DNA of 23,707 nucleotides, from assembly GCA_034723395.1 (NCBI GenBank), contig JAYEOW010000053.1, positions 1 to 23,707 of the forward strand, in the 5' to 3' direction. Below are positions 18,405-23,707 of the stretch, piece by piece. Under the pieces are notes generated by a model. That model saw only the letters and a list, made by a program, of their open reading frames with translations, ran no database searches and was not told where the DNA came from. The translations under genes and the position numbers were made by a program. Every line of letters begins with the position of its first letter. Within the stretch, counting starts at the first letter, position 1. This stretch comes from Candidatus Margulisiibacteriota bacterium. Its GTDB lineage: Bacteria; Margulisbacteria; WOR-1; O2-12-FULL-45-9.

Positions 18405-18674
18405 ATGACAACATTAATGGACGGGATCAGCAAGGTCCAGCTTTATAATACGCAGATCGAGCAGCTGCGAGCGATGGATTCCAACAATCCGGCCGATGTT
18501 AATGCCGCGCTTTATTCGATCGAACAGAGTTTTAACGAGATGTTAAACAAATTCATGTCGACCGATGATGACGATGATAATAAATCAAACGATTCGAATA
18601 TGTTTAATTTTCTGGTGGAGAGCAACCAGCAAACGCTTAATAACGTCCTCGCGTTGCAGAATAAGCAACCGTAA
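18405..18674 (+). CDS. Small acidic hypothetical protein
   Basis: Strong RBS AGGAGGAGG; 89 aa, N/D/Q-rich. Confidence 0.7.
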   Translation: MTTLMDGISKVQLYNTQIEQLRAMDSNNPADVNAALYSIEQSFNEMLNKFMSTDDDDDNKSNDSNMFNFLVESNQQTLNNVLALQNKQP

Positions 18675-18676
18675 CC

Positions 18677-18705
18677 TTGCCTGACGCTATTTATTTTGTT
18701 AGAAT
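18677..18705 (+). promoter_or_regulatory. Sigma70 promoter of tRNA-Ile
   Basis: TTGCCT-17-TAGAAT with an extended -10 TG, 17 nt before the tRNA. Confidence 0.7.
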
Positions 18706-18722
18706 AATAATTCCTTCACTTT

Positions 18723-18796
18723 GGGCTCATAGCTCAGTTGGTTAGAGCGCGCGCCTGATAAGCGCGAGGTCGGTAGTTCGAATCTACCTGGGCCCA
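18723..18796 (+). tRNA. tRNA-Ile (GAT), CCA not encoded
   Basis: GGGCTCATAGCTCAGTTGGTTAGAGCGCGCGCCTGATAAGCGCGAGGTCGGTAGTTCGAATCTACCTGGGCCCA; anticodon loop CTGATAA. Confidence 0.97.
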
Positions 18797-18798
18797 TT

Positions 18799-18819
18799 AA
18801 ATTTTGCGCAGCAAAATTT
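18799..18819 (+). terminator. Hairpin after tRNA-Ile (possible terminator or processing site)
   Basis: AAATTTTGC-GCA-GCAAAATTT, a perfect 9-bp stem; U-tract is weak. Confidence 0.45.
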
Positions 18820-18820
18820 A

Positions 18821-18899
18821 ATCCCTCGTTCTTATCCCTCATTCCTGGGTATGCCGCACAAAATTTTAAGAATGAGGATGAGGGAGAGGAATGAGAGAT
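18821..18899. repeat. Degenerate inverted-repeat element (CCTCATT / AATGAGG units) in the typA leader
   Basis: ATCCCTCGTTCTTATCCCTCATTCCT versus AAGAATGAGGATGAGGGAGAGGAATGAGAGAT. Confidence 0.6.
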
Positions 18900-18900
18900 A

Positions 18901-20706
18901 ATGAAAAAGATAATTAACCTAGCGATCATTGCCCACGTTGACCATGGCAAGACCACATTGACGGACCACTTGCTCCGCCAGGGCGGAGCCTTTGGCGAAC
19001 GGGAAGAGGTCGGCGAACTGGTCATGGACTCCAACGATCTTGAAAAAGAACGCGGTATCACCATCTTTTCCAAAAATTGTTCGATCCATTACAAGGATAT
19101 TAAGATCAACCTGGTCGATACCCCGGGCCATGCTGACTTTGGTTCTGAAGTCGAACGTGTACTTAAAATGGTCGATAGCGTCCTTCTTTTAGTCGATGCC
19201 CAGGAAGGGCCGATGCCCCAGACCAAGTTTGTATTATCAAAATCGTTAAAGTTGGGATTGAGGCCTATCGTGCTGGTCAATAAGATCGATAAAAAAGGGC
19301 AGCGCGCGCATAAAGTGATCGATGAGATATTCGACCTTTTTGTCCGGCTTGATGCCAATGATGAACAACTCGATTTCCCCATTGTCTATACGATCTCCCG
19401 TGAAGGAGTCGCCAAGCTGGAGTTGGAAGATGAGGGTAAAGATCTGGAGCCGTTGTTTAAAACGATCTTTAAACATGTTAAATGTTTTCCTGACAAGAGT
19501 GGTGAATCGCTTCAACTGCAGATATCAAATCTTGGTTATGATGATTATGTCGGACGGATCGCCATCGGTCGGGTGGTTTCAGGGCACCTGTCCAAGGGGA
19601 GCAATATTGTCGTGAGCAAGCGTGACGGGAGCGTGGTCCCGGGTAAGATTACTAGGCTTTCCGCTTTTACCGGACTGAAGCAGGAGGAGGTGGATGAGGC
19701 CGATTGTGGAGATATTGTTGCCGTAGCCGGTATGCCGGATATAACGATTGGCGAGACCATTTGCAACGCTGACGAGCCCAAACCGTTGCCGCTTTTGACA
19801 ATTGATGAACCGACCCTGAACGTGGAGTTTTTGGTCAACGATTCCCCCTTTGCCGGGAGAGAAGGAAAGTACGTTACCAACCGGCATCTGAAGGAAAGGC
19901 TGGAAAAAGAGCTGCAGACCAACGTCGGCTTAAAGGTGCAGAGGTTGGAAGGCAGCGACGGTTTTAAGGTTTCGGGAAGAGGAGAATTGCATCTTTCTAT
20001 CCTGCTTGAGCGAATGCGACGCGAAGGTTATGAAATCCAAGTTTCCCAGCCTAAGGTGATCTTTAAGACGATCAACCATGAGCAGATGGAGCCGGTGGAG
20101 CAGGCGGTGATCATGGTGCCGGACGAATTTGCCGGGGCGGTCATCGAAAAAATGGGCAAGCGCCGCGGTGAGATGCTCGATATGTTAAGTAACAAAGGGA
20201 CGACGGCCATGACATTTCGAGTCCCGACCAGGGGATTGCTTGGCTTTCGCGCGGAATTTATTATGGATACAAAGGGTGAAGGTATCCTCAACCACTCTTT
20301 TTCCAAATACGAACGTTTTAAGGGTAAGATCAATAAGCGCCAGAACGGGGTGCTGATCTCGACCGATAAAGGGGTAACCACTGCCTATGCCCTGAATAAT
20401 TTGCAGGAGCGGTCCAAGCTTTTCGTCAGCCCCGGGATTAAAGTTTATGAGGGGATGATCGTGGGGGAGAATGCCAGGCAGAAGGATATGACGGTTAATC
20501 CGACCAAGGAGAAGAAGCTCACCAACATGCGGGCAGCCGGTTCTGAGCAAGGGATTAAACTGACTCCGCCGATTAATTTAAGCATGGAACAAGCGCTCGA
20601 ATTTATCGACGATGATGAATTGGTAGAGATAACTCCGAAGAATATTCGCTTGAGGAAAAAGTTTCTGACCCAGAATGAAAGGGATCGGAATCGTTACTCT
20701 TTATAG
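18901..20706 (+). CDS. typA: Translational GTPase TypA/BipA
   Basis: AHVDHGKTTL, ERGITI, DTPGHADF, NKID, GRGELHL, KKLTNMRAAG, ELVEITPKNIRLRK. Confidence 0.98.
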   Translation: MKKIINLAIIAHVDHGKTTLTDHLLRQGGAFGEREEVGELVMDSNDLEKERGITIFSKNCSIHYKDIKINLVDTPGHADFGSEVERVLKMVDSVLLLVDAQEGPMPQTKFVLSKSLKLGLRPIVLVNKIDKKGQRAHKVIDEIFDLFVRLDANDEQLDFPIVYTISREGVAKLELEDEGKDLEPLFKTIFKHVKCFPDKSGESLQLQISNLGYDDYVGRIAIGRVVSGHLSKGSNIVVSKRDGSVVPGKITRLSAFTGLKQEEVDEADCGDIVAVAGMPDITIGETICNADEPKPLPLLTIDEPTLNVEFLVNDSPFAGREGKYVTNRHLKERLEKELQTNVGLKVQRLEGSDGFKVSGRGELHLSILLERMRREGYEIQVSQPKVIFKTINHEQMEPVEQAVIMVPDEFAGAVIEKMGKRRGEMLDMLSNKGTTAMTFRVPTRGLLGFRAEFIMDTKGEGILNHSFSKYERFKGKINKRQNGVLISTDKGVTTAYALNNLQERSKLFVSPGIKVYEGMIVGENARQKDMTVNPTKEKKLTNMRAAGSEQGIKLTPPINLSMEQALEFIDDDELVEITPKNIRLRKKFLTQNERDRNRYSL

Positions 20707-21164
20707 ATCTCTTTGTTGCGTCCCATGTAAACTTCTTCGCCAAAGATAAGCATGATCGTATACTGCGGAAAGCGTTTCATGAAGTGGAGTGTAATTAATT
20801 CTCCGGTCTGATGTTTAATCTCAAATTCTCCCATTAATACTCGATGCTGGTCGATCGGTTTCAATCGAATAAATGCGGTCGCCTGGTAGCGTTCGACCTT
20901 AACCTGGCGGGCGTAGCTGCGAAACTTTTTGGCTTCGGCCGAGACTTTGCAGAGAATATAACTGATCCCTTTTTCTTCGGCCTGTTTGATCACCTGGTCG
21001 ACGACCGTAAAACGATCAGGTTTGTGGTGGAGGAGTGCGAAGAATATTTCGGACTTAAATATCTCCAGCCCATTCTGGTCGCTAACCACCTTCATCGCCG
21101 AAAGATCACTGACAACATCTTCGTAACTTTTATTTTTATGCTTAAATAATTCTAATTGGCTCAT
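20694..21164 (-). pseudogene. DUF4130 / TIGR03915-like putative DNA-repair protein, C-terminally truncated
   Basis: RQVKVERYQATAFIRL..HFMKRFP motifs; ATGA-coupled to the radical SAM gene; lacks the usual LW..Y...I..R.N..MP.RYW C-terminus. Confidence 0.7.
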
Positions 21165-22369
21165 GTTAGTAAAAATGGCTGTTGCTTATAGGCTAGGGGG
21201 CTGGTGTACGATTCAAATAGCGCCAGCTGTCTCACTGTCATAATGTTTTTAATATTGCCTTGTGCTTTTCCGTTTATCAATATAAAAGGTTTTGCCCTTT
21301 TAATAACGATTCCCATATTCTTTAGTTCGCTTAATTCGGTCAGGCGATGTTCTTTTCGTGCGCGATAGATTCTACGCGCAGCAGTCGGTCCAACGCCGGG
21401 GATCTTTAGTAATGTTTTAAAAGAGGCTTGATTGATCTCTGCCGGGAATAATCCTCGATTCTTCACCGCATAGACCATTTTGGGATCGACCTCTAAGCTT
21501 AGGTTTTGATCTTTTTGCAGGACGAGATCGTCTAGGTTGAACTGGTAAAAGCGCATTAGCCAGTCGGCCTGGTAGAGGCGATGTTCGCGCAGGAGTGGAA
21601 TCCGCTTTTGACCTTCAGAGACTGGGACGAAGGCGCTGAAATATACCCGTTTAAGTTCTTTCTTTTTATATAACCAAGAAGTTGTTCGTAAAAGCTCAGA
21701 ATCCGTTTCGCCCGCGGCGCCGACGACGAATTGGGTGGTCTGGCCCGCCTTCACTAAACCATTCTTTACATGTTGCTGGATCATATTGACCGGCTCGATC
21801 AAGTCGAGCATATAATTCTTTTCCGCCGCGATTTTTTTCAAACGATCGGGATTGGGGCTCTCGAGGTTGATCGACATCCGATCGGCTAGTTGTGCTCCTC
21901 TCTCAATAATATTTTGCGAAGAGTGGGGGAGAACTTTAAGGTGGACATAACCGTTATAATTATACTTAAAGCGGAGAATCTCTAACGTTTGAACCATTCT
22001 TTTCATTGTATAAGAGGCATTTTGCTGGACGCCAGAGCTCAGGAAAATCCCTTCGACATAGTTGCGCCGATATAATTCGATAAACAGATGAGCTAATTCC
22101 TCCGGCTGAAAACTTTCGCGTTTAAGATCGTTACTTACCCGGTTAACACAATATTTGCAATCGTTCTTGCACGAATTGGTCATCAAAACTTTGAGCAGGG
22201 AGACGCATCTTCCGTCAGGGGTAAAACTATGACAGATTCCGGCGGGGGCATTCGAGCCTATGTAGTTTTGATTTTGCGGGCGACGTTTGGGAGCACCTGA
22301 CGAAGCGCAGATGTCATACTTAGCGGCACTGCCCAGGATCTCTAGTTTTTGTTTGGTATCCATTGACAT
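21161..22369 (-). CDS. Putative DNA modification/repair radical SAM protein (TIGR03916-like)
   Basis: AKYDIC, GICHSFTPDGRCVSLLKVL, CKNDCKYC, REHRLYQADWLMRFY, HhH KIPGVG. Start is 22369 or 22363. Confidence 0.95.
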   Translation of the reverse strand: MSMDTKQKLEILGSAAKYDICASSGAPKRRPQNQNYIGSNAPAGICHSFTPDGRCVSLLKVLMTNSCKNDCKYCVNRVSNDLKRESFQPEELAHLFIELYRRNYVEGIFLSSGVQQNASYTMKRMVQTLEILRFKYNYNGYVHLKVLPHSSQNIIERGAQLADRMSINLESPNPDRLKKIAAEKNYMLDLIEPVNMIQQHVKNGLVKAGQTTQFVVGAAGETDSELLRTTSWLYKKKELKRVYFSAFVPVSEGQKRIPLLREHRLYQADWLMRFYQFNLDDLVLQKDQNLSLEVDPKMVYAVKNRGLFPAEINQASFKTLLKIPGVGPTAARRIYRARKEHRLTELSELKNMGIVIKRAKPFILINGKAQGNIKNIMTVRQLALFESYTSPLAYKQQPFLLT

Positions 22370-22374
22370 TTTTT

Positions 22375-22860
22375 AATGACTTAATGAAAAATGACTAATG
22401 AATGTATTCCTTCGGAAATTTATTTTAATAAGACGGCTGCGATTTTGCTTTTTTTAATATAGCGCCGAGGACATTCATTATTTCTTTAATTTCTTTTGAT
22501 AAGATTTCTAAGGTATTAAGGTTGGTTTGGTTTTTTAATAATTCAGCCTCTTTTAAGATTGTTAGCCAGTATCTTGTTTCTCTCGCTTCTTTATAAGATA
22601 TTGATACTTTGTTGATAAAATCTCTTTTTGATACGGCTCCATCAGCTTCTTCCAGATTGGCGCCAACTGATGTTCCGGAGCGTAGTAATTGTTTGAGAAT
22701 AATTTGTAATTCTATTTTTTTCTATAATTTGGTTGTGAATTTAGTTATTTTTATTCCAAAATTCAAAGTTCTATCTTGTATCTCCATTTTTTCTCCTTTT
22801 TATATAAGAATGAATAAAAAAGTTTTTACGATCATTAGTCATTAAGTCATCAGGTCATTT
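22375..22860. mobile_element. Heptamer inverted-repeat element carrying a four-helix-bundle gene
   Basis: Left arm AATGACTTAATGAAAAATGACTAATGAATG (22375-22404) and right arm TCATTAGTCATTAAGTCATCAGGTCATTT (22832-22860). AT-rich insert between lexA and the radical SAM gene. Confidence 0.65.
22425..22787 (-). pseudogene. Four-helix-bundle protein (TIGR02436 / 23S rRNA IVS-protein-like) with in-frame TAG at codon 22; not in the ORF track
   Basis: Hand translation: MEIQDRTLNFGIKITKFTTKL*KKIELQIILKQLLRSGTSVGANLEEADGAVSKRDFINKVSISYKEARETRYWLTIL...; RBS AAGGAG; TAG at 22724-22722. Confidence 0.9.
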
Positions 22861-22873
22861 TCTGTTTGAATAA

Positions 22874-23464
22874 CTAAAATTTCCTGAATAGTCCCCGCAC
22901 CGTCCCCTGAACCGCTACATCTTTTACATAAATTGGTTTCATGCTTGAATTCGCGGGCTCGAGCCGAACGCGGTCTTTTTCACGATAGAGTCGCTTTAAG
23001 GTCGCAGCCGAGCGGTTAACGAGCGCCACCACCACCTCTCCATCGTCCGCTGTTTCGCGCCGCTCGACTACGATCAGATCTCCATCTAAAATATGGTCCT
23101 CGATCATACTGTTCCCTTTAACCTGGAGGACGTAACAAGGACGCCTCCCGACTAAAGCTGCCGGCACCTCTATCTCCTCCGCGTCCTCCACCACCTCGAT
23201 CGGTGCGCCGGCAGCTATGTAGCCGAAAAACGGTAAAACAACACTTCTTAATTTTGCCCCGCCCATTAATTTTATTCCGCGAGGTTTGCTCTCTCTTTGG
23301 ATGTAGCCTTGATCTTCTAATGATTCCAGATATTTCTGTCCAGCGCGAGGGGAGGCAAAGCCCAATTTTTTGCAGATCTCTCTAATTGATGGGGGGAAAC
23401 CGCGGTCGTCGATGTAGTCTTTGATGTATTCCAGGACTTGTTTTTGTTTCTGATTTAGATTCAT
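22874..23464 (-). CDS. lexA: SOS repressor LexA
   Basis: wHTH GFPPSIREI, Ala-Gly cleavage site IAAGAP, catalytic GNSM and TLKR; RBS AGGGAGG. Confidence 0.96.
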   Translation of the reverse strand: MNLNQKQKQVLEYIKDYIDDRGFPPSIREICKKLGFASPRAGQKYLESLEDQGYIQRESKPRGIKLMGGAKLRSVVLPFFGYIAAGAPIEVVEDAEEIEVPAALVGRRPCYVLQVKGNSMIEDHILDGDLIVVERRETADDGEVVVALVNRSAATLKRLYREKDRVRLEPANSSMKPIYVKDVAVQGTVRGLFRKF

Positions 23465-23518
23465 GATTTCCTCCCTAGTTCATCATTCTGGTTTCTTAAT
23501 TCCTCATTTCTCATTGTG

Positions 23519-23553
23519 GTATACAATTGTATACTAATGTCAAGATTTGTCAA
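23519..23553 (-). promoter_or_regulatory. lexA promoter overlapped by a perfect 16-bp palindrome (candidate LexA operator)
   Basis: TTGACA (23553-23548)-16-TACAAT (23531-23526); GTATACAATTGTATAC at 23519-23534. Confidence 0.7.
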
Positions 23554-23707
23554 GTACTTTTTCCGAGGTTCGCTCGGGGCGTTAGTGTCAAGTAGAGTGT
23601 GCACTTTCATCGCAAACCTCACCTTATTTCCTTCTCGCTTTAGACCGGAACCAGTTCCTTTAATGGCCTGAGCGGAGGAAGAATCTTTGCGCCAGCCGTC
23701 GACCTTT

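Noticed and set aside
18699..20550. Antisense and alternate-frame ORFs over tRNA-Ile and typA (likewise 8297-9010 and those inside macB/tolC)
   Set aside because: Shadow frames of well-supported genes, with no motifs or RBS.
22722..22724. Amber recoding or pyrrolysine
   Set aside because: TAG ends several intact genes here (lexA, typA, 13767-14231, 6737-7057), and there are no pyl genes.
11925..22787. Diversity-generating retroelement (FGE/CLec-type target plus Avd-like four-helix protein)
   Set aside because: No reverse transcriptase and no TR/VR pair differing at adenines was seen. The two genes are 10 kb apart and both are damaged.
22609..22845. Plus-strand 78-aa ORF
   Set aside because: Antisense shadow of the four-helix-bundle pseudogene.
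23640..23707. 3' end of an upstream minus-strand gene (..KILPPLRPLKELVPV*)
   Set aside because: Only about 21 codons are visible at the window edge, so frame and identity cannot be supported.

Overview
Bacterial chromosomal window in the standard genetic code, from a diderm organism (it carries TolC). A Margulisbacteria/Saganbacteria-like lineage is only my impression and cannot be shown from this sequence. The left half (1-13000) is a patchwork accessory region next to tRNA-Ala(TGC). It holds a tRNA-3'-end tandem repeat, an Acr3 remnant, a secreted Ntn hydrolase, AT-rich cargo genes (GIY-YIG-like, FxLYD, mini PD-(D/E)XK, SIR2-like), twin membrane-protein paralogs, an ORF6N gene, an unusual CDF-HflK fusion/HflC/HflK operon, and FGE-domain and transposase fragments. 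The right half holds an ECF-sigma envelope-stress/efflux locus (ECF-TM fusion, Spy/CpxP-like, TolC, MacA, MacB) with two matching ECF promoters, tRNA-Ile(GAT), typA, and a lexA / radical-SAM / DUF4130 SOS cassette. The most notable non-gene structure has two parts. (i) A family of inverted-repeat elements built from degenerate 7-mers: one encloses a four-helix-bundle gene missed by the ORF track and several are empty. (ii) Cargo modules bounded by 18-35 bp direct repeats that are copies of sigma70 promoter sequence. Together they suggest an integrase-free cassette/insertion system. A candidate new LexA box also overlaps the lexA promoter.
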